Shown piece by piece: positions 11,078 through 22,369 of a stretch of 64,000 bases of DNA. The notes under the pieces are model-generated. The model searched no databases. It was not told the DNA's origin and saw nothing but the letters and a program-made list of their open reading frames with translations. The DNA is from Magallana gigas (Eukaryota): positions 26,350,001 to 26,414,000 of the forward strand of contig NC_088861.1 in assembly GCF_963853765.1 (NCBI RefSeq), given 5' to 3'. Position 1 is the stretch's first letter; the number at the start of each line of letters is the position of its first letter. A program made the position numbers and the translations under genes.

Positions 11078-13146
11078 TTAACTATCAGACAAACTAAAAT
11101 CCATGTCTAGTTCATCAACATTCCAATCATAATCAATAGTATCATCACTGTCACTTGAGCAATTCAAACATTCATTATTAAACAATTTTTCAATATCTAA
11201 CACAGAACAATGATTGCATTTGCACAATTCAGCACATAAATCACAGCATGTATGACATGTTTCGTCAGTAAATTTAAGTAAGTCAGTGTCGGATATGAAA
11301 TTTTTCAACAATTCTTTTCGGCGGCAATTCTGACAAGAAATAAAAGTTTTCACTTCTTTGTCTACATTTCGCAAATGGTGGGAATTGTAAATAATTAAAG
11401 CAACCGATGGTAAACCATCCCTTCCAACTCTGCCAACTGCTTGCACGAGATCTACAACTGATCGTGGAGGTCCATACAGAACTACTGAATTGCAATTCAG
11501 AACATCTACTCCCATTCCAAGAGCTAAAGTAGCAATCACTATTAGTACACAACTGTCTTTATTTCGTAATGCTGACACTATTTTCTCTTTTTTGTCCTCA
11601 GGAGTCTCTGAATGAAACATTTCAACTAGATTTGTACAGTTCTCAAGTTCTTTAACAACATGATTGTATAACTTAGAAACGTCTGATATGGAGTTGCAGT
11701 AAACAAGAGTTCTTGGAAATGATTCCCCAAGTAAACCAAGTGCATCTACTAGCCAGTAAATTGCAGTTTCAATTTCACTACTCACTTTCTTCACTACCAA
11801 TTTGATATTTGGCTTATTTGGGGAAATAGAGATCTGGGTAGTGTCATTTTCTCTTAATCCCATGACTTTCATGACACGTTTTTTTATCTTGTTGGTGCAT
11901 GTAGCACTGAGGGCCAGAACTGGTGCCGATGGAAACAGGGATCTCAGTTCTCCTACATGGCGGAACCACTTCCTAAAAACAAGATATTCATCGGAGTCGT
12001 CGTTCCCTCCCCTAAAAAAAAAATAGAACAAATCTTACTTAAAGAAACTATGATCCTTACCAGTCCTGTCTGTGTGACAAAGTCTCCCTCTATTATTGAT
12101 AATGAATAGAAACTGTTAATATAGGAGGGGTAAGGTTTAAGGATAAGGTTTTTCACAATATATTAAATACATGTACTTTTAAGAAGGGTTTTCCACTCTT
12201 CTTTCATCTATTTACATTTTTAATAAATTGAAAACTGTTTCATTCACTGAAAGTAGACTTTCCTAGTAATTTGTGTATTGTTTCATAATTTTGCACAATT
12301 TTAACTTTTACAATAATAAGATTGTTGGCAAATAATGGATGCAAAGAATTTAAAATCACCCTTTTTACAGTATCTGTTAAATAATTAAATCTTACCATGT
12401 TGCAATTGTGTGAAACTCATCTATCACAATCATGCCCACGTTGAAATTTTGTAACAGCTGTCGGAATTTTGAATCTCCAACAAGAGATTCAGGCGAAGCA
12501 AATAAAATGTCGAATTCTCCTCTGTTTATCAACTCATCCATCTCATGACTGCTACCTTTTGTAAAAGAACGGTTTTATCATCTTGTGTGGTCTGATCGTA
12601 TTTTTTGTCTTAACAGTTAATGAGATGCTGGTATTTTTTTTCTTAAAGTGATAGAAAATATGATAAAATTTTTAGACTAAACATATATAGCATATAGACT
12701 TGGTTAGACTTCAATAATGACGTCAATTACCACTATAAATCGCCACTGTGAACGTCAGAGAAATTTCGGAATAAATAGATGAGCATGCTGGTGCATGGTG
12801 TAATGTTTTATGACAAGTTAGGAAATTGAATCTTTAAATTACCTTTGTATGCAACACGTAGTTCTGAAATACTGTGAAGTCGCTCGACCTGGTCTTTCAT
12901 CAGGGCAAGTAAAGGACAACACACGATTATACGCTCAGTCTGTGGGCCTAGACGTCCTAGTTCCCGAACAACTGGGAGGTAAATTTGATACGGTAAAGAT
13001 TTACCGAATCCCGTTGGCAACACGGCAATACAGTCCTTTTTCGCTAGCATAGATTGCAGCATGTGGTATTGTTCAGTTTTCAAACTCTCCACTGAAAATT
13101 TTACACAAACGTTCTTTATCACTTCGTCCATGTTTACCTCCGCCAT
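11078..13146 (-). CDS. RecQ-like SF2 helicase of AcademH (3 exons, about 465 aa)
   Basis: Exons 13146-12843, 12555-12396 and 12011-11078 splice in frame via GT-AG. Motif I LPTGFGKS, Ia PLLALMKDQ, II DEFH, III LSAT, V ATLALGMGVD, VI QAVGRVGRDG, and a C-terminal Zn site (CRRKELL...CCDLC). Confidence 0.92.
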
Positions 13147-13358
13147 TTTCTAATACTTTCCAAGTTGGATTTCAGAGACAAAATTTGATTGGTTAGAAAA
13201 GTTCATAACCTGTAATTAGCATCCGATTAAATATTCATCGATAAAGGTCACTCGCATGTGAACCCTTATGCAGCTTCTTCAGACCTTCCACGCGACCATC
13301 AAAATAAAGGAGCTAGTGGAAGGTTTGATTTTAATCAGACTGCATTCGCCTACGACTA

Positions 13359-13662
13359 CCAGAAAATAGTGGTGTTTGATTATACTAGAGAAAGTAAAGA
13401 GCACATTAACTATGACCTACTGGAGGATCTCAAGAATGGGTCAATATGGTCACCCAAGTACCAGTCAGCGGTCAAATCCTGGAAGTTTAATGTCAAGGTG
13501 ATATGCTTTGCCAACTTCCCCCCTAAGTTCGAAGCCCTCAGTCACGACAGATGGTATGTTCTGGAGCTCAAGGACGGGAAACTCAGGAGGACCAGAATTC
13601 CCCAACCCCAAGCTCCACCCACCCCGTATGTTGTGGAATCATCGGCGTGCATAATAGTCTGA
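13359..13662 (+). pseudogene. rep: CRESS-DNA virus-like Rep, C-terminal SF3 helicase fragment (nanovirus/alphasatellite-like); endogenous viral element
   Basis: KIVVFDYTRE (Walker B), NYDLLEDLKNGSIWSPKYQS (B'), VICFAN (motif C), LSHDRW (Arg finger), with no stops or frameshifts. Walker A and HUH motifs are absent. Confidence 0.85.
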
Positions 13663-13698
13663 ACTAACATGGCCGCCGAAACACGAGGTATTAATACG

Positions 13699-13872
13699 CC
13701 GAGCCCGATAGATATTTACATACCGAGCCCGAACTATTTATAGCATACCGTGCCCGATATATTTACCTGGTGACCGGTTACCGGTGCCCCGCTTTAAAAG
13801 CCGAGCGCATAACCAAAGCTAGGATAATGCGCTCGGCTGTAAGGGAGGTCACCATGGGGCACTTCCGGTCAC
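13699..13872. promoter_or_regulatory. Putative rolling-circle origin: 3 iteron-like repeats plus nested stem-loop
   Basis: CCG(A/T)GCCCGA...TATTTA at 13699, 13723, 13748. 12-bp perfect stem AGCCGAGCGCAT (13799-13810) / ATGCGCTCGGCT (13827-13838). Outer inverted pairs GTGCCCC/GGGGCAC and GTGACCGG/CCGGTCAC. Confidence 0.6.
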
Positions 13873-14449
13873 GTGATTTAATGGCGATAGGGATTAGACG
13901 TGTTTGAATTGGGCTCCGAGATTTTCACCATGTAAGTTATTATTAGTGGTTTTTTTCGGCCTCCCCTGGTTTGACTCTGAGGGTGTTCTTCATATTTGCG
14001 CAGAGTCCAGGTAGGAGAAGGTGTGTTAATTAATTTGTCTGAAGGATTTCAAGATCTGGTATGTTTGGTTTTAGTCTATATAGTCTTATATTACAGTTGT
14101 TGAGTTATTAAGATTTGGATTTAATTATAGCTTATTTATTAAAAATTAACAAATTGCACGGTTAATTCATTTACAACAGCAGTGCACCTATCTGGCCTTA
14201 AATTCCATAATTTTGGTTAGTCAGTATTTCAATATATTAATTTGTAAATAAATGTGTAGATAACTCATTTTTTAATATTCAAAATAGGTTCAGCAAAGAT
14301 CACTTTGAATTGAATTCATATGCAAATATATAATGAAATATACAAGTGTTGTATAGTGTATTAGTATATATATACATGTATCACAGTTTACATTCATATA
14401 ATAAAGCACCATCTTCATATAACAAAGCACCATCTAACCATCTAAGCAG

Positions 14450-15140
14450 ATGCCCGACGAAAATCCTTCTTCATCCAGAATGGGTGGTGGAGATCTAAAT
14501 GGTAAAAAGTCGAAACTTAAATATACTGGTAGTTCAAGTAATACTTCAACGCCCAAAAAGCAAAAACTGGACAGGGGTAAAAAAGAAAACCTGGAACATT
14601 CTGCCAAATCTGAGTTAAAAGAAAGTCCAGGAAATCTACTTCAATGCCCAAAAGGCAAACACTTGTCAAGGGTCCGGACGGAAAAGAAAAAGTGGAACAG
14701 CCACAGAAGTTGCCTACACCTGATATAAACGAGTCATCTTTCCTACCCACAAATTTCAAATTCCCTGTATCAAGTTTAGGGAGTCAGAAAAGGTCTTTAC
14801 AGGGATATCGGTATAAGAAATGGAGATGGCTCTATTATGATGTGTCCTTAGATGCAGCATTTTGATTCTGTTTTACAAAAGCTTATGAGGGTGGTATGCT
14901 GTCCAGTAACAATAAGGAGATGATATTTTTGTCAAAAGGATTCTGTATTGGATAAAAGCCACAATCCGATTCGAAGAACATGCCAACAGCAAATATCTTA
15001 AAAAGAAGAAGCTGAGAGATCGTTTACACTTCCAAATGTAATGAAGGATGTCGGTGAATCTCTCAGTAAACAGCACCCGGAACTGAAAAAAAGGCAATAG
15101 AGATTGTTTCCTGGAGAAAATGCTTGGGAGTTAAAAATTT
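14450..15140 (+). pseudogene. Degraded hAT-type transposase N-terminus (TTF/ZMYM1-like zinc finger)
   Basis: Across stops and frameshifts: QP...FKFP...QKRSLQ..YKKWRWLYYDVSLDAAF*FCFTKA...SKGF / W.KATIRFEEHANS / DVGESLSKQH. Confidence 0.7.
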
Positions 15141-15769
15141 CTAGCAAAACAAAATATTTCAATCAGGGGGAAAGAGGAAGGAAAGAGGAAGGTCCAATGA
15201 TAATACGTGATAAATGAAAAACATACAATGCAGGATTGAGGCCAGGGCATTCGATACCGATGTGAAAACATGCCTTCAAATGGCAATATCGTAAAAAAGA
15301 TACAAAATATGCATATGAACGGTTTATAATTGATATAGGGTGAAAGAAGGACAATTCGTTGAAACATGATAATAAATAACAACGATTGATGAATAATGAT
15401 GAGAGTTGTAAGTGATACGTGAATTAATATTTACAGTTCTTCAACCTAATTTCATGACATAGCCCCACACGGCAGAAAATATTTGTCCCGGGTGAATAAA
15501 GACAGAAAGACAATGGTACTATCACTTACAGCTATACAAGATATGTTATCATTGATATACACATATTTTGAACATGTTAGTAAATGACGAATTCTGTATC
15601 ATGGTTACATGTATTTAATGTACATCATAATTAAATCTTATTGTCAATATATATCAACAATAATTATGCAACCACAGTCACTGTTTATAGTTCCATATGA
15701 ATCTGGCAAGCAAAAAAATAATCAAGTCCCTTTACAGTCACAGTTTTCATTTTGAATACTGTTTTTTTT

Positions 15770-16252
15770 ACTCTCTTCAGGGACTCCACGTGGCCAATAA
15801 GAATAACATATTCGCTCGCAATACAATCTGCGAAAGAGTCAATGCAATTATAGTACTCTGCTCTTAATAAATTTGTCAAAGAATGTGAATGACTGATGGC
15901 AGTTGATGTTGCGGTGTCCATTACGGTAGAAGTGTAAGATAATATCGAAGAACGTAGGGTCACGATAAAGACAACTGGTAGTCCATCTCGGTCATAGGTT
16001 GGTTCACTTTCTGGTATATAGCATTGCTAGTGAAGAAGCTTAAGTTTGATGTTTCCTCAGTGTAACTTTGGACGTTACAAACAGATGTCCTCCAACACAG
16101 CCATGTTTTTGGTCTCCTCGCTCAAATACAATTGAGCATGAAGTGCAGGGAAACATTAATCCCGAGTGGACTGCAGTCATGTTCCGCTCGCAATGACCTT
16201 GCTGGGTTAGTTCTCTCCCTTCAGTGCATAGTCCGTACTTGAAACGTTAAAC
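15770..16252 (-). pseudogene. Decayed exon with C2H2-like zinc-finger motifs
   Basis: Stop-free frame 16246-16040 reads GLCTEGRELTQQGHCERNMTAVHSGLMFPCTSCSIVFERGDQKHGC. AG acceptor at 16253-54. Confidence 0.4.
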
Positions 16253-18089
16253 CTATAAAACATATATGTATTGACATGAATACTCAGAGTCCCACTTCGT
16301 AATTATGTAGTTTAAACATACCGGGAGTAAAAAAAACAAATAAAAATGTACTACACGCTCTTGAATATATTTCCATGCCCCATGTTATAAACTTCGTCCA
16401 TTCATTCCTTTATAGGGTTTTAACAGATTGTAGTGTACAATTTAGATTTTTTTTTTGTTTTCTTTATTTTGTAAACTACGTCGTTGATCCTTTATAGAAT
16501 CATGTATGTTCCTATTCAATGACATTGGATTTTCGGAGATTCCAACTTATTGACAAAATTGATATAATAACACACCACTTGTCAAGTCTCTTTCAGTATG
16601 CCCATTGAAATTTATTGTAGAATTGTACTCCCTTAGCATTTTTTCAGTGGCTAAACTGATTTTACCCCTAAAGAACATATGGATGTATAAATTTAAAATG
16701 CAACTGATTTGTAATCGTGGAAATACATTTGAAAATGGACAGAAGAAACACAATCTTAGCAACACTAGCCTACCCAGTGATGGAGTTGAAAACCGGTATA
16801 TTTATAGTCTCCGTAATAGTTACCGTGAAGAAAGTTTCTAGGTCAAGGGTCAATATAATATTAGCTACATTTATTTGAGATGATCACCATTGCAACAATG
16901 ATATTAATAAGTGATGCTTCAACCCGGTGAGCTTAGTAATTACATGTACATATTTTAAAGTTTTCTTTAAAGAGATACTTACATTGTCTTGGTGTTATTT
17001 GATTCTTCGCTTTGGTTTAGGTATAACGGACAAGTCCAGCTTACTTTCAACATCTGAGATTTGTGTGTTAAATTTATTCTTGAATGTAATTGAGTTTGTT
17101 TTGGTCCATAAAATTGTGCAAACAACTTTGACTCTTGTTCATTAGGTTCAGATCATCTGTTGGAAGGCATAAAATATATTCACATACATGTATTGCTTCT
17201 AAGTAAAAATGAAACTTTGTTAAATGGAAATTTAGTGACGCAATTAATTTTGAATATTATTTTATAAAATAATATTATAAAAATACATGCAAGGTCTTAA
17301 AAAAGGTTTAAAATTATGTTCATTAATATTTTCTTAAAGAAGGAAAATTGGTTAAATATAGCAAAATTTTTATTTAATTGTCATTACTGATTAATTTAGC
17401 AGTGATTAAGAACGGTAGCGTTAGGCCTATAGTCTAATAATCCATGAAATGCACATAGGTAAATTATTTTATGTGTTTTGAAAGTGTCTCACTCACACTT
17501 ATCCGTGTTTCATCACTAGTGCCGGCCATTATTTTTAAACAGCCTTTGTCTTTTAAATCTGGCTTTTTTAGAACTTCGAACATTTTCCACAAGGCATTCA
17601 AAAGAGAGATAACTCAAAAACTTGATGTGAATTGGTATACAGTTTTGTTAACCTTATGTAAATACATTTTTAAAAATAAATATTTTATGCTTTAAAGTTT
17701 TGCGTACATTTGAATCATTAATAAACACATTATTCATCTTCACATTCTACGGATCATCTTCAACATCACTTCTGCTAAATGGTGACTTGTTTTTGTTGGA
17801 AGCTACAAGCCGACTGGATAAATCCTAATTAAAAGCTTACAGATAATCCAGCAATGTATTATTCAAATGCATGGAATGATGCTATACGAGGTAGGGGTAT
17901 CAGAAATTAACTATAGACTTTAGTTCGAAAAAAAAATAAGCTACAAAGAAGTCATTATGATTAATTTAAAAACCAGTTTTTGTTCTCGTGCAATTTATGA
18001 AGTTAAGGCTATTCTAAGTTTGCACACCAGACCCGGTCAAAATTTTGAAATAAAATTAGAACCTAAGGTTTTTTTTTTGTTTTTGGAGA

Positions 18090-19490
18090 AAAGTGTAAAG
18101 AAACGAAACTAAGTTCTTGACCCTGGCAAAGTTAAGTCATATTTGCCAGGTGGCCCTATGTATATACCCAGTGGACCAAAAAGGTCTTAAAATTAAAAAA
18201 AATTGTAATCAGTTTATCGATCTCAGCTATTAAAATTGCAGATAAAATAAGACTTACGGGGAAAATGACAACATGGCGGTTAAAACGAAATAACATGGGA
18301 CATAACAGGATCATAATTATGAAAAACATCGAAATATAAAGCTTAGAGGACTTAAAAACTGTAATTCAAACAAATTAAAACGTTGTGTAATGAATATGAA
18401 GTAAGGGGTAAACTAAAGTTGTTAATATGTCTACTAACTAAATTGTTACATTCCTCCCTCCTTTAAAATCTGAGAGGCTGGGCCTGTTCTCGTTGTTCTT
18501 TATGTATCTCTTACTTGGCTTCTTAAATTTTTCAGGGTCAATAAATTTAGCGTTTTCCGTCAATTTCCCAGTAAGAGGTGGATTGTATTGAGTGAGATGC
18601 ACTCGTTTAAAATGTCTTGTATTTCTGTCTCTTTCACTTTAAATTTTTGGCAAGTGAACATAAAAAAAAATCTTCAGGAACCTGTATAATGTGTGACATA
18701 AATGTTATATTTCTTAAATATGTGTCCTTTATTGAGACAACCAGGAACGGGACAAATTATTGCTTCCTCCAGGAATTCATCCCCCTCTTCTTCCTCGAGA
18801 AACTCCATTTCGTACTCTTCCACTTCGATATTCCCAATGGCTGTTAAATACTAAATCAATTTCAACGACAAAAATTAAATAAAGTGTCTATATAATGAAT
18901 TTTCTGAACCACAAACACTAGATTCTATCAATGAATATTTATCTGTAAATCTAAAGTTAGATAACATTACAGCAGTAGTTTCAAAAGTCGACTCTGTATC
19001 TTTCAGAGGAGTTAAATCTTGGAACCCAATTGTGTTGGGGAAATAATACCTTCGTAAGATCTCAGAACCTTCTAAGTGACATCTATGAATTTATCTGCAA
19101 TCTTAAAGGGGCCCGTCCATCCTAAGCCTAATTTTATTCTAGCAATTAGATGGTACCATCTCCAGAAATAATGACCTTTGGAAATGTTCTTTGTTTTAGA
19201 CCCCTGCTTTTTTCCTGCAGCTTGTTCTAGATTTGTGTGTACAAACTCAAGACTATCAGCCATAAAACTTTTTGACCACCCCAGATGACCTTTCCCGTCC
19301 ATCCGAAGCCTAATTTTATTCTAGCAATTAGATGGTACCATCTCCAGACATAATGACCTTTGGAAATGTTCTTTGTTTTAGACCCCTATCATATTTCTTC
19401 TGTTTTCCTGCAGCTTGTTCTAGATTTGTGTGTACAAACTCATAAGTATCAGCCATAACACTTTTTGATCACCCCATATGACCTTTCCCC
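18090..19490 (-). mobile_element. Relic of a second Gypsy element (integrase 3' end, Zn-finger region, PPT, partial LTR)
   Basis: Minus strand reads FVHTNLEQAAGKQKKYDRGLKQRTF...WRWY...KLGLGWTGPFKI. PPT AAAGGAGGGAGGAA (18464-18451) is followed by TGTAACA at 18450. The left LTR boundary is uncertain. Confidence 0.75.
19100..19490. repeat. About 190-bp tandem duplication inside the integrase relic
   Basis: CCATCC(T/G)AAGCCTAATTTTATTCTAGCAATTAGATGGTACCATCTCCAGA... occurs at about 19117 and about 19298. Confidence 0.9.
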
Positions 19491-19510
19491 GACATAATAG
19501 CAGAGATGAC

Positions 19511-21001
19511 AGGGCAGCTGGCACACATCATTGTCTTTTGTCTAAGAAAATAAATGAAAGCTAATAACAGTGTAAAATCAGAATGACAAAAAATCTCGTT
19601 CCCTTAGAATCCATTTTCGTTACCATTTGTTTATTGCAGTACTTAATATTATCAATGTTTTCTGTTTTTATATGTTTATCATAGTCATACCTGATCCCTG
19701 TACTTCTTTATGAATTTTCTTTATTTACAGTTTTAAACTGGGCATAATATGGCACATCCATGATAACTTCTACATTATGAAATACTATATAGTAAATGTT
19801 CTCATTATATATTAATGAAATTTTAAGACAACTAATACACATGCAGTATAATTATTCTCCCGACATACGGATCACTTTAAATTAGATTGGTCTTACTATA
19901 CATATATCTAATCTATGTCATATATCTGAACATTTCAACAGTCTTAATATACAAAAATCTTGAAGCATTAAATATATCTATTCAATAACAGAATAAATGA
20001 CAAAATTCATTCTGTAATACAAATTGATGATAAAACATAAATTTACCTGTCCGTTCAGTTCTTCCGCGGATCTGAAGGAAGTTATGCCTCTAACATATAT
20101 CGTTTAATCCATGCACAACACTCGGCGGCCTTTCTTCATCTGGCCCCTCACATCGTGACAAATGGCTTATAGTAAATCTTTACCAAATAAATAATATTAA
20201 ACAATATAATATAAGCACTTAGCACAGGCACCTGACGTTATGTATTAAGTAATTAATTCAATAGATCTAGTAATTCACAATGACACCCATCTTATCTCAA
20301 AATGTCGAATCAAGTGAATCTTTTGCTTTAAATTCATCGGTAAAATTATTTTTGCGATCCTCTCCGTCTCCCGAGTTTACAACTAACAACCGATGCAACC
20401 AACACGGTGCATTACATCTGTCATTAATACAAACACTCCTCAATTTGTATCTGCTGCCTTAGATATGCGATAAGTAACTAATTAAAAGCGGTGCTAGCAC
20501 GATAAAGAACCCTTTAACAACGGTGGCAAGTATATTAAATATATTATTAACCGGGCTCTGTTGAAAGCAGAGTCCTGGCTGTAGGCAGGCAAATCACCAA
20601 TGTTACTATAAATAGCACAACTTCAAAAGTAAACAAAAATTCAAACAGCGTCAAAGTAAAAGCTTCCGCTATACCAAATAGTTACACAAAGAGTCACGTT
20701 TTGTCAACAGTGTTGGTTTTTTTGCTGTTTCTTTTTTTTAATTTCGAGAGAATTGTCTTTTTTAGTTTTCTTATTAATAACGTGTTTTAAAAACAATACT
20801 GCATTTTTGACATATACAATGCGTATGAATTTCCATGAACTACTTTGATGCGCGTGAAAGAAATGGGATTGAATATATAACGCTTATTGCGAAATTCAAG
20901 GCAGCAACTGTGGTACTTTTTTCTACCAGAGAAACATATTTTTGTTGATAGCCGCTTACAAAATTTGGTCGTTCTCTGATGCTTTGCTGACATTAAAAGC
21001 A

Positions 21002-21034
<33 letters not shown>

Positions 21035-21313
21035 GTGTGTGTGTGACAGAGAGAGAGAATTTTCTTCAGTTTCCACTACACAATAATATTATGCATTAAG
21101 ACACACCAAAAGAGCCCGGCTTTCAGTACTTTGATTAGTTATTCAGGATCAATCAAGTGTACGGAGATTTACCCCGGGTTGTATTCCATATACACCATGA
21201 GGCCGCAGGGTGTTCAAGTACAAATGTTTCCTGAAATCCCGGGTCCGAAAAACAAAAATTCACTCTTAAGCAATGCTGCTCGATGTTAACTCTCGGTCGA
21301 CCAGATTTTGTTG
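19511..21313 (+). repeat. About 1.8-kb direct repeat, copy 1
   Basis: Co-linear with 25110-26828 from CATCATTGTCTTTTGT to GGTCGACCAGATTTTGTTG. Contains (TG)n(AG)n at 21003-21058. Confidence 0.9.
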
Positions 21314-21520
21314 CAGGCACGTAGCATCAAGGGGGGGGGGGGCTGCCCCCCCCCCCCCCCACTTTTTCTCAGAGCAACAAATTTACATATAAAAATTGAA
21401 TTAACATGGAGTTGCCCCCTCCCCCACTTTTTTGGGAGTATGTAAAAAATTGATATGAAAATAAGGAAATGAGGAGTGAAATTGAAGTTATATACTACGC
21501 CTACCCCCCCCCCCCCAAGT
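21314..21520. mobile_element. G/C-homopolymer-rich MITE fragment (CAGGCACGTAGC start)
   Basis: CAGG start followed by poly-G/poly-C runs, a similar architecture to 44778-45221. Confidence 0.45.
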
Positions 21521-22024
21521 TGCCACATAATTGCATTATCCAAACATGTGTTGAACATTAAATTGCATTGAACATAAAATTGTTTGGCCAAAGATTTATT
21601 ATTGTTCTTGATAAACAATCACTATATTATATTTTAGAACTATTGCATCAGACTCATCATCAAATTATTACCTATAGTTTGAAGAGTAGACCTTGAGATT
21701 TTAAGGATCCCCTTTTCAAATAACATATCTAGTGATGTTGTAAGGAACTCCCTCAAGTTTTCTTTCATTTCCGTCATCTCCGCAGGCACCTGCATGTACA
21801 TGTTGTAAATGACCTGAATTAAAAAATAGTAAAAAGTTTGTCAGAACACTCAAATTTAATTCATTGTTTGAGTACAAACTATAGTAAATCCTTATTATCT
21901 TAAACTAAGATCTTACATTAGCAGGACAGCTGAAAACTTTATACAGATTTTAAAAAGTTTTTACCAGTTGTAAGCAAATAATGGGTATGACAGTTTTTAA
22001 ATAATATTTGTCATGTTCATTTAA

Positions 22025-22369
22025 GGTGGCTCACTACACCGTGAAATATTTTCTCCAATCAGCAGAAAATTACTTGATTAATATGATAGATATCATAATG
22101 GATAAGAAGTATTTTAGTCTAATAGGCAAACAAATGTGCAATTTTGGATGAAAAATTACATTTTCAAAAATTTAATTCAGTTAACATGAACAAAAGCTCC
22201 AGGCGGATTCGAACTCATGATCTGCGGTTCAGAAGCCTAATACTTTAGCCACTTAGCTACGACGATATACAACCCAATCGAACGATTTAAACATATTAAC
22301 AAAACATTTAAATCGCCATCTTGTGACGTAGTGTCTCAAAAAGTATAAGTGTAGGTATAGTGAGGCACC
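22025..22369. mobile_element. Non-autonomous TIR element with TTAA TSD (Kolobok/piggyBac-like)
   Basis: TTAA|GGTGGCTCACTAC ... ATAGTGAGGCACC|TTAA, with an internal tRNA-like module at 22195-22260 (-). Confidence 0.75.

Larger units (their letters stand above)
6983..13358. mobile_element. AcademH-type DNA transposon (transposase plus RecQ-like helicase); left end outside window
   Basis: Convergent DUF6589-like transposase and SF2 RecQ-like helicase genes, the diagnostic AcademH pairing. Candidate right terminus ...GCCTACGACTA at 13358 (TAGTC... on the minus strand). Confidence 0.8.

Noticed and set aside
11078-13146. Host RecQ-family gene (BLM/WRN/RECQL)
   Set aside because: Compact 3-exon, ~465-aa core without the host accessory domains, paired convergently with an Academ transposase; better explained as the AcademH helicase.
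13699-13765. CRISPR-like array
   Set aside because: Only three short units with near-constant, non-unique spacers, in a eukaryotic context with no cas genes.
13799-13838. Shared 9-mer AGCCGAGCG between the Rep hairpin and the Academ MITE TIRs
   Set aside because: Orientation is opposite and no flanking similarity extends it; it cannot be distinguished from coincidence without statistics.
13880-14060. Capsid gene or Rep N-terminus on the far side of the hairpin
   Set aside because: All frames are short; no HUH motif I/II or Arg-rich capsid start was recognisable.
22195-22260. Functional tRNA gene
   Set aside because: A/B boxes are present but there is no convincing acceptor or anticodon stem, and it lies inside a TIR element. 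The same applies to the SINE head at 58377.
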